Shown here piece after piece: positions 50,793 to 64,000 of a stretch of 64,000 nt of DNA. A model generated the notes under the pieces. That model had not been told where the DNA came from. It saw only the letters and a list, made by a program, of their open reading frames with translations, and ran no database searches. Within the stretch, counting starts at the first letter, position 1. Each line of letters begins with the position of its first letter. The position numbers and the translations under genes are program-made. Where the stretch lies: NCBI GenBank assembly GCA_010093815.1, contig ML996578.1, one strand, 5' to 3'. Source of the DNA: Pseudovirgaria hyperparasitica. Taxonomy: Eukaryota.

Positions 50793-53102
50793 TGGAGGGT
50801 TGTGAAGGGGGAAAATATTTGAGGAATGAACGGCGGGAAGAGAAGGCTCGGATGCCCCCGCGACAAAGCTCGCACGTGTAGATATGGAAGCAATAGTAGT
50901 GATGAAACTTGAAGTGTATATATCTATCTCATGCTACAGTTACAAATTAGCAAGGTTCAACGTGCTGAGAATTCGAGATGTGTGGAGGCGCGTGAGCTTC
51001 TGTTCAGTTTTTTGCGTATACGGTAAGGTTATGTCCTCAGTAACACGAAGTGCTATAGGACAGCTCCAATAAGAAGTTCATCATGTGAAGGAAGAATGAG
51101 TCAGTAATGGAATAGTGCATACCTACAGAGGTGTCCTACATGTAGTAGTGTTCTGAAGTCAGTGGTGTCGATACATACAGAATCTTTAGGCTGGAAGGTT
51201 CGTGTTCCTTGAGGTCGAATCGCCAAGCCCCGCTTATGATATTATGTAAGCGTTACACGGACTTATAGAAGTTGATGCTCCGCCATTATGTCTTGTAGCA
51301 ATGGAAAGTGTAAGGCAACAACAATATCTAGGATTATACTGGCTCTGAAGTAAATTACGATCTATTTAGAGTCTGGATTTCCAATCACGTGATACCGTGA
51401 TGCGAGCTTACAACTACATCAAACATCCCCTCTCTTACTAATAACTATATCTCATGTGATAGTTTATATCCCATGTAATAGCTAGCCTTATCCTTAAACG
51501 TTCAGTCTACTACCAAGCCTGCCATCTAGTAATTGTTGTCTCTATATGTTATTTTATTCTACTTTTCGAAGATTTCAGGGATTATTCATTTACCAATTCC
51601 ATTTTAGTCCTCATGAGCTAAACCTCATTCTGTTGAAGAGCCTAGGGAGATAGTACAACCCTTAATAGACCGTGAGCAAAACTTTTCCCCGAGTCTCCAT
51701 GTGATTGTCCGAACATTTCGCTTTTCTCGACATCTTTCACGTGGCTTCTGTTAATCATGAGAAGACTTCCCTACGACTTACAAATGTGCCAGGGCAACAG
51801 CATCATTGATTTCTGCTAATGACCAGCACAAACAGGTAGTTTGTCGTATGGGGGTCGAGTACTCCTTATTGTTCAAAAGAAGTCCGCATAATAACTATTT
51901 GGGACCTCTATAGCCTCCAGGAGCGCTGAAACGAGACCTCTTCTGTGTGGGCCCATGGCCATCTCAACAAAAGAAGACATTCCCAACAGACGGACCCTGA
52001 TACATCAGACCCTGCAGCAAAAGCCATGCCGATCACTGCATCTGACACGCTTGAACATCGTGGGCGTAGCTAGCTCATTTTGATCTTGACCCTCAGCTTC
52101 TTTTGCTTCCTCGCAAACTATGGCAATCGGAGGATAAGTGGACGGAGTCGTATCGATAGGCTGCCTTAGTAATGACATAGCCAGAATCGTAACGGGACCC
52201 GCAAGTAAATGCCGCGAGCCAAATTGTGGGAATACCATGAAGCGGTCATGGAGCGGTCAAGCTGTGGGAGTCAAGGTGTCAAGGCCAGGGCCAGGTCCAA
52301 TTCGCCAAGAACAGTGGCGACTACGATCTTCAGACCTAGACAACCGGGTGGCATGTAGGAGTAGTAAGGTGGATGCGTGATGCGGTAGATGCGTGTGGCC
52401 ACCATCTTGTCTGCCCACAAGTCTTCCTAGGACGCTACACATGCTCAGCCGAATAGCGAGTGACCCATATGTCAGAGATGCTGCCTCATGGGGCTTGGAA
52501 AGAACGATTCATACACGTCCCGTCGCAAGAAGCACCATTGTCATCATCTCCAGCTGGATGTGAGCTTCAAAGCTGTAGGCACAAGTCCGTGTTGAAGATT
52601 AAAGTCCGTATAATTCCATATAAACATTCCACCTCTGGAGAGGCGGGGGGTTTTGTAACGTGTCTGAGCACAGCTCTTGGGCCTCTGCAGCCCCACGGCC
52701 CCTGGAAAGTCTTGCTGCCTTCTCCGCCAATCAGTAATTAGCCCGACCGCCTCGGCTGCCCTGCGCGCACACCACACCACACCACCACCCAGCATTCAGC
52801 GCCTCCTTGCAGTGTACCCGCCGCTAGGGAGAAACAAAGAACACCAACTGTCTTCAAATCTTTTTAGGCCCAGCAGAGATCAGCTCGTTGCTCTTATATT
52901 AAGACTCTCCCCTCCACAATTGTCCTAATTATCTCCTTTTACCGCCTTCCTCTTGTCTCTCTTAATATCTCCTTGTCTTGTCTGCCTTGCTCGTCGACTT
53001 CTGCATCGGCTGGCAAACCTCAACAGAACCTCCGATTTCTCAACATTCCTCGCGTTCTCAGTCCACCCACTTCTGAACTCTCTCCACCGACACGCCTTCA
53101 CG

Positions 53103-54581
53103 ATGGCAACAACTACAGCTCGAGCCCAAATCCCGGCTATGAGACGTACTATCACTTCCGAGACAGAGTCCACCGTGACCTCCGCCGGTGTCTCCCCTAC
53201 GGATTCGCCAAACCACTCGGCCTCGTCGACTTCGTTGTCCTCTCTCGGCTCAGAGACTGAACTCAAGAATCAACATGGCCAATTGATCGACACCTACGGC
53301 AATGAGTTCCAGATTCCAGATTTCACCATAAAGCAGATTCGTGATGCTATCCCAGCTCACTGCTTCGAGCGTTCTGCTGCCACTGGACTTTACTATGTGG
53401 CTCGCGATATTGTCTCACTTGCTGTGACTTTCTACCTCTTCAATCGATTTGTTACTCCCGATAACATCCCCTCGACCCCCATCCGCGCTGCTCTGTGGGC
53501 CTTCTATACCTTTGTGCAAGGGCTGTTCGGTACTGGTCTGTGGGTTCTCGCTCACGAGTGTGGCCACCAGTCATTCTCTCCCTCCAAGACTCTGAACGAC
53601 ACTGTTGGGTGGATCTGTCACTCAGCCCTTCTTGTTCCATATTTCTCATGGAAGATCTCCCACGGCAAACATCATAAGGCTACTGGTAACATTGAACGTG
53701 ATATGGTTTTCGTGCCCAAGACTAGAGAGGTATATGCCTCGAGGGTTGGAAAGCTCGTTCATGAGATTCATGAGCTGACCGAGGAGACTCCTATCTTCAC
53801 AGCTCTGCATATGATCGGTCAGCAGCTCGCCGGATGGCCCCTTTACATCCTCATGAATGTTACCGGTCACAATTACCACGAGAAGCAACCCGAGGGTAAG
53901 GGTAAGGGCAAGAAGAATGGTTTTGGAGGAGGTGTGAACCACTTTCAGCCTTCCAGCCCTCTGTACGAGCGCAAGGATGAGCATCTGATCCTCCTGAGTG
54001 ACCTCGGTCTTGCGATTACCATGAGTGCTCTATACTTTGTCGGTAGCAAGTATGGTTTCACCAATCTCCTCGTTTGGTACATTATCCCCTATCTATGGGT
54101 TAACCACTGGCTCGGTAAGTAACCACGTCTCACCTCTAGAGACGACAGAACTGACCATTTCCCAGTTGCAATTACTTACCTCCAGCACACTGATCCCTCC
54201 CTGCCTCACTACGAATCCAGCGTCTGGACGTTTGCTCGGGGTGCTGCTGCAACCATTGATCGGGAGTTCGGTTTCATCGGACGACAACTTCTGCACGGGA
54301 TCATTGAGACCCACGTCTTACATCACTACGTTTCTACCATCCCCTTCTACCACGCCGATGAAGCCACCGAGGCTATCAAGCCAGTCATGGGCGTGCATTA
54401 CCGCTCTGACACAAGAGGGGGTCCCATTGGTTTCTTGAAGAGCATGTGGAGATCCGCTCGCATGTGCCAGTTCGTCGAGCCCAGCGAGGGCGCGAAAGGA
54501 GAAGGTCAGGGCGTACTGTTTTACCGCAACCACAACGGACACGGACCCTCACCCCTGAAGTTGTCGCCATCAGCTTCCTAG
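53103..54581 (+). CDS. odeA: Oleate delta-12 fatty acid desaturase; intron 54115-54165
   Basis: His boxes HECGH, HGKHH, HVLHH; FTIKQIRDAIPAHCF; ITYLQHTDP; ATIDREFG. Confidence 0.93.
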
Positions 54582-55262
54582 TGGCACTGCCTAATCATGA
54601 CGTATACGTAACACTATTCCCAAAGATCTTTGGGGGGATCCGACGTTCTTTGTATCTCCATAGGCGTTTGTACAGGCCGTACGACGCGCGAAAAACGCCG
54701 TAACTTTTGTTGTCTGGGCGTTTTCTTATTGAATAGAGGCGATACTGCTCAGCCCAACGAAATGCTAAGAGCTTTAGACCTAGGCTAGATGATATCTGAT
54801 AGATAGATCAGTCATTCACCAGAGAGAAAATAATAGTCAGATTGAAATCCTCAAAATTTCATGAAAAGTCCTATTATGTGCTTGCAGACGGTGCGGCTTT
54901 TTGTCTCAGAAGCTTACGCCAGCACTGCGGGGTTGCACATTCATACTCTCACTCATAGCACGTGGCACGCAAAGGCTAATCAATATACAGGCTGCGTTGA
55001 ACAATCAAACCTGGACCATGCCAAGTAATACTTGATTAGGGTCACTTGGTTGAATAGTTCTGCTTCACAGTAATTACAATATTTTATAGTTGTTCCCATA
55101 GACGTATTCAGTCGAGACACCTGTATGGGAGAGAAAGGCTTCATGTTGAGATATTTTCAGGAAATGAACGATGATCAACCAGTACGCTATCCCCATTCTA
55201 GAACCATTGCCACAGTCGTCCACTTTATAGACACTTCCCAAAGTCACCACTCACATCCAATC

Positions 55263-56813
55263 ATGTCTGACCTTGATCTTCTTTCGTCGCTCAAGCGCTC
55301 CATCTCACCACCAACAACGACGCGCCTTACAAAAAGATCAAGACGCTCAGCTCTCATCCTAACACCTGCAGCTGTTGAAGCTGGCTCTGCAACCATTGGC
55401 AATCACCTCGAGTACTTTTGCGCGAGACTGACGCCGCTGTGTCGCCCACCTACCGCTCTATCCATTGATGACTATGGAGCATTGTTCAAGCGAAATCAAC
55501 ATGAGCATGGGAGGCACTTTGTAGTGCATCAGCATTCACATCCAGTTGCGGGTGTCCACTGTACGTTGGCATTGTCACATGTAGTGCTGTAATAAACATC
55601 ACGCTGCGAGAGAGAAAAGAAAACAACGTAGACGTAGTACAGTGCTGATGCACAATAATTAGATGATCTGCGTCTCCAGGTCTCAGCCACGAGTAGTGTG
55701 AGTTGGGCAGTGCCGTATGGTTTGCCCGGAGATCCGAATTCGAAACGGTTGAATCGAATGGCGATAGAGACGAGGGTGCATTGCGTATGGGTACGTATCT
55801 TCTCCGCCATCCGACGACGTCCATGATATCTCTACCTCACTTCGCTCGTGCTTGACAATACAAACAGAACCACCTCATCGAATCCGCCTCCCATGCCACC
55901 GGCTCCCTGCTCATCTGGGACACGGGCGAGTACGAAGTCCTCCCGCGCCACGCCGCCCCAGTGGCCACAGACGACGACGACGACGACGACGATGACAGTC
56001 CTTCACCAAACCCCTCGTGTCCATCAGAAACCACGAAACTCCGCGCTGCATTTCGAGATGTACGTCTGTTCCATCCCCACCTTCCCCCCCCCCTGGTCAC
56101 TCTCGAGATATACAGTACCCGTGATTACACTCGCAGCCCTTTATAATTAGCCCCTGAACAAACTTAACCACGTTACCCACATACAGAGACACATCCGTCT
56201 GCGTCTCCACGGCACACGCCTGCCCGCAAACTACACAATCTACATGCGTCTGCCGTCCGCGAACGCAGCGCCACACACGCACACGCACAAGACACCAAAC
56301 CCACTCGCGACTCGCCGTCGTCGACGACGCAGGAAGAATGCCCCGTCGACCACCGCACGTCTGCGCAGTCCAGTCTCGACGTCGGAAGAAGAATCCGAAA
56401 CACGTGATGCTACTGCTGCAGCTGCAGCACCTTCTAGAGTTACTGATAGCGAAAGTATGAAGAATGACGACGCGGCGGTGGCGGCAGCGGCAGCTGCCAA
56501 TGCGTCTGACGTCGAAGATGCGCAAATTGCGACTAGCAATGCATATCCCGGTGCTACGAACGATATCGGCTCTGTGCACCAACGACGGTGGTTTCTCGGG
56601 CTTGACAGGGGTAACTCTGGGTTTGTCCGGGCAGGATCTCGGGGAGAGAGCTGGGTCAGGGAGGACGACAAGCGGGGATTCGAGCCATTCTACGTTCGGG
56701 GGAGTGCAGTTGAGCGAAGCGTCGTGACGGGCAGGTTAGCTAGTGAATTGTTGAGTGATGAGGGGGTAGAAGGCTTCGTAGAGAGGGGCAATTGGCAGGG
56801 AATCACTTCGTGA
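55263..56813 (+). CDS. Stand-alone DNA ligase D 3'-phosphoesterase (LigD PE / LigD_N) family protein; introns ~55561-55662, 55791-55867, 56060-56186
   Basis: Spliced sequence FVVHQHSHPVAGVHYDLRLQ...SWAVPYG...RMAIETRVH...LLIWDTGEY...LHGTRL...RSVVTGR matches the LigD PE motif order. Confidence 0.82.
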
Positions 56814-57018
56814 AGGTGGAGAGAAGTATTGTGTGTATGTCTCTATGCGTACTCTGAGGTTGTATCATATATCTAAAGCCAAACAAAACGCCGATCGAAA
56901 TGCAAAACGAGCTATACAAGCCTACAGTCCAAGCTTTCTATATGCCCAAAACGCTCCGTTATAGCGATCTCACACAAGTGCGAAACTGGAGAAGTAGATA
57001 CATGAAAGGCTGAGAGCA

Positions 57019-60000
57019 TCAGCGCCGCTCAATGAGCAGCACGTGCATGGCCAAGTATGAGAGTACCATGAAAGCAGCTGCGAAAACACCGAGGCCAATG
57101 GCGTCTTTCCATAGGTCAAGTACCTGGAAGCCGAAGGAGCTCAAAAGAGAGGCACCTGGGACCTCGATGTCAAGACCGTATTTGTGGTCGACAAGACTTA
57201 GTGTGCGCACTTCGTTGACGAGGAGACCTTCGTAGGCGTAGTGAAAGATTGACAACTGCGGATGTTGTAAGCAAGAATACCGAGCAATGAGTCAAAAAAA
57301 CTTACAGTTTGCAGCCACGTCGCTGTTAATGGGATAGTCTCGTGGTTCAAGAGGAAACCAGAAAAGAGTAGCGATATGAGCATCGTAAGGAGTGCTATTA
57401 GATTTGCAACTCCACTATTCCTACAGCAGATGCCGATGAAGAGACAAATACCAGCTGCCGCCAGATTGAATAGGACGAGGAATAGCATGAATTTCAGGAA
57501 ATTGCCCCAGTGAGGAAGCAGTCCAGTCATCGGATATATGATGATACCCAAGATGATAGGAGGAATAATCCGCAGAGGCACGATGTCAAATACAGTCTTG
57601 GCCAAGAAATACGATAAGGGATGGTAATATCCTTTCGCGCGCTCTCGTACGAAGATGAGTCTCTCGGGGGCAAAGACCGTCAAGCTGGTCAAGGTACTGA
57701 AACCGAAGAGAGCTAGAATGAAGAAGAAGAGACCTAGACGATTCTGGAAGCCTTTGATATCATCTGTCAGTCCGAAGAAGAGATAGCCAATAGCCACTCC
57801 TAGCACGATAGCGATGGCGTAATGAGTAAGCATGAGCATTGGGTTGCGATATAAATTGCGCCACGTTCGAACCGAGAGAATGACGAATTGTCTGGGTATA
57901 CCAACTTTGCGATAGCCTCGAATTTTCCCTGTGGAAGCGCCATTTACTTGGCCATCACCATTTGGAGTACCGTTTGCTTCATTGGCAGAGGTCACAGCGC
58001 GTCGAATGTCGTCCTGGAGAGAAACGGCAACATCGGATGTTGCATACGAGGTGATCAACGCATCCAAATTTGTGCCCGTGCCACCATTTGCCGGAGGGAG
58101 AAGGTGGTCAGGATCCTCTAGGATCTGTGGTGGAGGATTACCTTGTTGACGAGACATACGAAGCCACTGTTGGGTATTATCGGGAATAACTTCGTCGTCA
58201 GTCTTAGGCGTAGTTGTACCATCACCTCCAGTATTGCTCTTTTTTCGAGTAAATAAGTCACGCTCTTGTTGTTGTCGAATGGACGTTCTGCGCTTGCCTT
58301 GCACTCTCAAACTTGAACCCGGGCTTCCCATTGTGTCTGGACCGACGCTGACGTTTGAGACGCTCGGAACGGATTTGACACCAATGGCACTACTTGCACT
58401 TGTCCGAAGGCCCACATTATCGAAGAGCGAGCTATTCTCATCGATTGAAGAATGCGCGGCACCAGCATGCATCGTCAGATCAACCAGGTAGTCCGCGATA
58501 TTAAAACCAGGCGGACATGGGTAACCAATAGAGTCGAAATAAGCTTGACAGCTGCTAAATGGCCCGGAGTAAACTGCCCTACCTTTGGCGAGCAAGACGA
58601 GCTGATCGAACAAAGCAACAATGTTTGAGCGAGGTTGGTGAATGGTAAAGACCACTGTGCGGTTGTAGTTTTTGACGAGACTGACCAGGCATTCTACGAC
58701 GTTGTAAGCGTTGTATGCATCTAGACCACTAGTAGGTTCGTCCAGGAAGAGAATGCTTGGGCTGGTCACAAGCTCGCAGGCAATACCGACTCTGCGTTTC
58801 TCACCACCTGAGATTCCACGATTGCTGCCTTCTTCTGAACCAATCAACTGGTGGCGGATGTGGTAAATCCCGAGCTGCTTCTCAACATCTTCGACCTTTT
58901 GAGCCTTGGACATGCTGCTCATCTCCCTTGGTAAACGCAGCATGGCAGAATTCCATATGGTCTCGTGTACAGTCAAAGTTGGGAGAAGCGTGTCTTCTTG
59001 GTCGACAAATCCGATTACATTGCGAAATTCCTCGTCAAGGACATTCTCTCCATTCAGGTAGAAGTGGCCCTCTACAGAACCTCGCTTGTTCTTCCGAGCC
59101 AGTATGTCCAGGAACGTCGTTTTACCAGCCCCTGAAGCGCCCATAATTGCCATGAGTTCTCCTGGGTGGACCGCTCCCGCAACGCCAGAGAGGATCTGCT
59201 TGCCATTCAAGTTGTAGCCGACATTTTCGAAATATAGCGCCGCAGGCTGATGATCAGCCAGAAGCTTCGCGCTTTCATCCTCGTCTTCGTCGGATAGATG
59301 GATGTAACCGCCTTTCCTGCTTGCAGTACGTCGAGCAATGAACCAGACCCCTAGTATGACAGCCACCACAAATAGTGCACAGCCCGCGATTACGCCAGCG
59401 ATGAGTGGAGTATTGATCTTCTTGACGGGCTTTTCATAGCCTGGAACCTCTGTCTTGTACATACATTCGGAGGAACGGCAACTTAGGAAGATGCTCTTAT
59501 CGCCGAAGATACTGGCTATCAAGTTGTCCATAGCCGGCTCCGTGAAGACACTGCCATCGTTGTCGCTGCCGCCTTCTGTCTTGATGGATGTAAATGCAGC
59601 AGGTCCTTTGATCTCTTCTCGGAGGAAATCTCCGATGTCGATCGAGTTCTCTTCACCGCAAAGCATGCGCCCCGGAATGCATCGGCACTGAATGTGATCG
59701 CAATTGTATTTGGTGATATTCCGATTTTCTTCCATGTCTCTTGCAGCAGTGCAGGAATCAAGACCGCAGTAAAAAGATTCTCGTTCGTCAACCCAGACTA
59801 CGGCATTGTCAGCTTGCCTACATACTAGCACGTTGAGGGCGGCAACTTACATTGAAAGTTACACTCTTCAGTCTCTGCATTACAAGAAAAAGTAGCTTGA
59901 GGCTTCTTCTCTTTAAGCATTTCAACAATCTTGTTGTTCGTGATGTCGCACAGCTGATAATTCTCCTTGACAAGACCACCATCTTTATAGCACACTGCGC

Positions 60001-60415
60001 CGTCACCATCTTCGGTTGGTACAAAGGCTCTACATGCATCGTTCGTGGTGCAAAGATTGCAATTTATTCCTTCCCAGCCTTCTGTACAACCGCAGTGATC
60101 GCCTTGTCTCGGTGCTCTGTCCGGTCCATCCGCTAAAGAGCCGCAAGCTGGCTGTGAGCAATCTTCACCACCAAATCCGGGTGGACAGACACATCGTCCG
60201 TTCGCCTGACTACAGTCTGCGAACTGGTGGCAGACGAAGTCGTCCAGGTTGCAATTGAAGCATGGAGGACAGTTATCAGGACGGTCGTCACGGATGGCAA
60301 ATGGGTTCGGAATGAGGTCTCTGGCGGTAAAGTTGGAGCGGATGTGCTGTGATCGAACGGTGCGGGCGAAAAGTGCAGGGAGGAGCACAAGTGTAGACCA
60401 TTGTGACCCATACAT
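57019..60415 (-). CDS. ADP1: ADP1-like half-size ABCG transporter with Cys-rich EGF-like luminal N-terminus; introns 59798-59850 and 57256-57305
   Basis: Signal peptide; [12 protein letters not shown] and [14 protein letters not shown]; Walker [31 protein letters not shown]2 membrane domain. Confidence 0.93.
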
Positions 60416-61178
60416 CTCGGCGGTTGGGTCAAGCGATATGACTACGTTGTGTAGTTGAGAGCTCTCTGATAGTCTGGGGAAGCTCGGGGGAGTAGCTGCA
60501 GGCGCTCAACGCGCTGCTACCTCTGCGCGGCTCGGGTGGTGGCTGAGGAGATCAGCAACGTTTCAGTGACGGAGAAGTATGGGAGGAGAAGAGAAAACTG
60601 AAACGAAAGTCAAGGGAGTTCCACCTCATGACAAGAAAGAAGCTACGTAAGTAAGATATTGCCTGCGGGCAGTAGGATCGTGAAGAGTAGGCAACGCAAC
60701 AATGATACGGTAATAGACGGAATGCCTGCCATCCTTGGCTAAATCCATCAATGGTCGCCAAGGATGGTCTGGGCGCACTCCTCGGTCCAAACGACGGGCG
60801 CAAATGGTTCAGGAGGTATCAGGTGCATCTTTTCAGATGACCTTCACGACTTGATCTTCCCATCAATTACATATGGGGTAAGACATAGCCAACCCGTCCG
60901 TTGCATACAACCACGCATATAGCTCTCGGAGTTCACAGCAAATGATCGAAAGATCAGCAATGCATGTTCTCAAGTTTGAAGCTAACATCCATGGCGTCAA
61001 GCACCACCCGCAGCCCCACACGAGCAGGTTCCACGCCCTTTGCGCGGCATTGTTAACATGGATAGCCGTGAAATGAACTCATAAAGCGTGCTTCGAGACT
61101 TGACAAGACACCTCAATACCTTTGCGGTTGCGGTTCTTGCTCCAACTACATTTGCTCGAACATTAATTCACTTTCGAC

Positions 61179-62547
61179 ATGGTCCATATCGAGCCTTTCG
61201 TAGTAGAAGAGGTATGCAGTCTTCCGGACGCCCAGTCAGAATCATCGAACCACTTTTAGCTGTTAGGGAGCTTTCAGATGTACTGACATGAACCAGTGGA
61301 TGGACTTGCACCAACCAAATGCGAAACATGACATTGCCGAAACATGTTGTGCGTCTGTGTCCATGGAAGAACTCCAGAATTTATGTGAAAATAAATCAAA
61401 ACAAGTGCTTGAAATGCCTGGCAAACTGGACTACGGCGATATTCGCGGAAGTGACAAATTACGAACGAACCTGGCAACTCTCTATTCTTCAAAAGCTGGC
61501 TCGCCTGTGTCCAAAGATAGCATAATCATCACTCCTGGAGCAATTGCTGCCAACTATCTATTTCTCGTCTCTCATGTCGGCCCAGGAGATCACGTCATCT
61601 GTCATTACCCAACGTATCAGCAATTGTATTCAGTCCCAGCATCTCTTGGGGCTGAAGTTGATCTATGGAAGTCTGACCCTGATAACGAGTGGGTGCCAGA
61701 TATCGAACAACTCAAATTGCTGGTCAAACCTAACACGAAACTCATTATCTTGAAGTGAGTACCCCGTGACCGAGATCTTGCATGATACATCACTCATACT
61801 GTACCCAGTAATCCTAACAATCCGACGGGATCAGTATTAAAGAGATCACTGCTCGACCAAATCATCGAAGTGGCGAGCGCAGGTGATATTACAATCTTGT
61901 CCGATGAGGTGTATAGGCCAGTTTTTCATGGCATCACGCCAGTGGATTCAGAGTTTCCGTCGTCGATGCTGTCCCTGTATCGCAAAACCGCAGTCACGGG
62001 ATCATTATCGAAAGCGTACTCGCTGGCTGGTATTCGCGTTGGGTGGATTGCGTCCCGAGACGAGGCAATCATCGAGAAATGTGCTGCGATGCGACATTAC
62101 ACGACGATATCAGTCAGTAAACTGGATGATCAAGTTGCAGCTTTTGCGCTAGATCGAGATACTGTCCACAGCCTGCTCGGACGAAACATCCAGCTAGCGA
62201 AGAAGAATTTGGAAATTTTGGATCGATTCATCCTCAAACATGACGATGAGTGTTCTTGGGTAAAGCCTGTAGCAGGCACCACGGCGTTCGTGAAATTCTG
62301 TAGAGACGGTCAACCTGTCGATTCAGCGGAATTGTCCAAACGGCTCATGGAGAAATCAGGAGTCTTGGTATTACCAGGGGACGTATGCTTTGGACCAGAG
62401 TTCGCTGGCTATGTCAGAATCGGCTATGTACAGCGCACCGAGGCTCTTCAGGCAGGTCTTGACGCCATGCGAATGTTCATGAAAAGGGAATTTGACGATG
62501 TCCCATTGGCAACACGTGCAGAAGATCAAGACATCAAAGATACTTAG
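61179..62547 (+). CDS. PLP-dependent class I/II aminotransferase-fold protein; introns ~61212-61296 and 61755-61808
   Basis: NNPNNPTG across a splice junction, DEVYRP, GSLSKAYSLAGIRVGW (PLP Lys), VRIGY. Confidence 0.9.
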
Positions 62548-63018
62548 ATGATGCATCCAGTCAGGCTCGTACCGACTCCAAAGGCACAAATGTAGTATGC
62601 CTCACATAGAGTGACATTTTCCATCTTAGTGAAGAGGCCGTGAATAATTGGTGGGGTTTGCGTGGGGCATCATCCATGCCGTTCGTAACAAGCTAGAGAT
62701 GGATCCATCCATGGCTGCCATAAAATGCTATTTGCAAAACTCGACTGAATTTTCATCTCAAGACGGCCACTTAATCTTTTATCAGAAATTGCAATCGATT
62801 GCATCTCCGTAAAATCGGGTTTTCGCCTTTCAACTGCGGAGCCGGCGCCATATATCACGAATCACGATAAGTCCACTTTTCTAATTTGTTATTAATCGCA
62901 GTATGCCCACCTCCAACAGCGTGGGACTGGACACTCTTCAAATTCGCCATTGCAGCAACATTGTGATTGAACCTCGTCGATTAGGAGCTCGCATGGAACG
63001 ATTAAAACGTGTCAAACA

Positions 63019-64000
63019 ATGCCTCCAAAATCCATCATGTCAGATGGCCACTCTACAGAAACCTCCCCACTCTTGTCCAAGGATTCGTCCCAAACCATCA
63101 ACCCCAATGTTCTCGACTGCAGGGTCGGCATTACCACTGAAACGTCTCAATCTGTAGTACGTAACACAGCTAATGCAGAATCCTACAGCCCTCACACCAG
63201 AGATGTCGAGAACCAGTCGGGTTATGAAGTTCAGAAGTCACAACAGCATCAGGGGCTGCCAGAAGTACGGAAACGTCTGAAGTACATCATTCCAGCTGTT
63301 GCAATCGGGGTATGATTCCTATATAAACATTTCTCTCAGCAAGGCTGAAAACGTGGCGTTGTAGTGGGATGCACATCGGAGCGTTCTGATGACTGTGCTA
63401 GTATCTATAATACCACTTTCCCTGCCTGTTGGGAGCACTCGTGCCGCAAGCTGATCAATATCCCAGGTTTTCCTCGCTGCAGCTGATCAGACAGTAATCG
63501 TCTCTTCCTATGGACTGATTGGCACCGATTTGAAGGCATTGAATAAGACGTCATGGATAGCAACAGCGTAGGTGAATCATGCTCGTCAAGCAGTATTGAG
63601 AACTCACATGGAGTATAGGTACATGCTGACCTTGACCTCGTTTCAGCCCTTGTATGGCAAGCTCTCGGATATCTTCGGACGCAAAGCTTGCCTCATCTTC
63701 GCATACACAGTATTCGGCATTGGTTGCTTGTGTTGTGGTCTTGCTCGGGATATTAACGAATTGATAGCCGCCCGGGCTCTAGCTGGAATCGGTGGAGGAG
63801 GGATGACTGCGCTCGTGTCAATTCTCCTATCCGATATTGTCACCTTACGTGAGAGGGGAAAGTGGCAAGGCTACATCAACATCATATACGCCAGTGGTGC
63901 TGCAACTGGAGCTCCTGTTGGTGGAATTCTGGCTGATTATGTTGGTTGGAGATGGGCATTCAACGTACAGCCCCCGCTCTGTCTCATCAGTATTATTGCT
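63019..64000 (+). CDS. MFS drug/basic amino-acid transporter (DHA2/VBA-like), 5' part only; introns ~63310-63466 and ~63568-63618
   Basis: ETSPLL dileucine-type motif; FLAAADQTVI, WIATA, QPLYGKLSDIFGRK, RALAGIGGGG, SDIVTLRERGKWQG. Confidence 0.88.

Noticed and set aside
5224..54581. Lipid/isoprenoid 'cluster' (COX10, citrate carrier, HMG1, NMT1, odeA)
   Set aside because: The genes are spread over 50 kb among unrelated genes, with no shared motif I can support.
63310..63466. snoRNA in the long MFS intron
   Set aside because: TGATGA and CTGA are present, but I see no terminal stem or recognisable rRNA guide.

Overview
Eukaryotic, intron-rich, gene-dense DNA from a filamentous ascomycete (Pezizomycotina). 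This is inferred from short GT-AG introns with CTRAC-type branch points and from TpA-rich, RIP-like repeat relics. The window holds about 21 intact or partial protein-coding genes, mostly conserved housekeeping: alpha carbonic anhydrase, COX10, a tricarboxylate-type mitochondrial carrier, an AP180/ANTH adaptor, an MCT-type MFS, IQGAP, IMPDH, DUF3605, HMG-CoA reductase, N-myristoyltransferase, SSU72, delta-12 desaturase, an ADP1-like ABCG transporter, a class I/II aminotransferase and a partial MFS. Several features are not evident from the ORF track: (1) a box C/D snoRNA (snR54-like) in IMPDH intron 2 that appears to carry a second guide against LSU rRNA; (2) a four-exon stand-alone LigD 3'-phosphoesterase-family gene with a remodelled active site; (3) a spliced 88-aa tail-anchored protein; (4) a tRNA-like Pol III element; (5) a small accessory block (Clr5-TPR pseudogene plus C2H2 gene) bracketed by a solo-LTR-like relic and a TIR/TSD-bearing MITE that sits in the NMT1 upstream region. 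No biosynthetic gene cluster or clearly new multi-gene system could be supported. Exon boundaries were read by eye, and family assignments come from remembered motifs, not from database searches.
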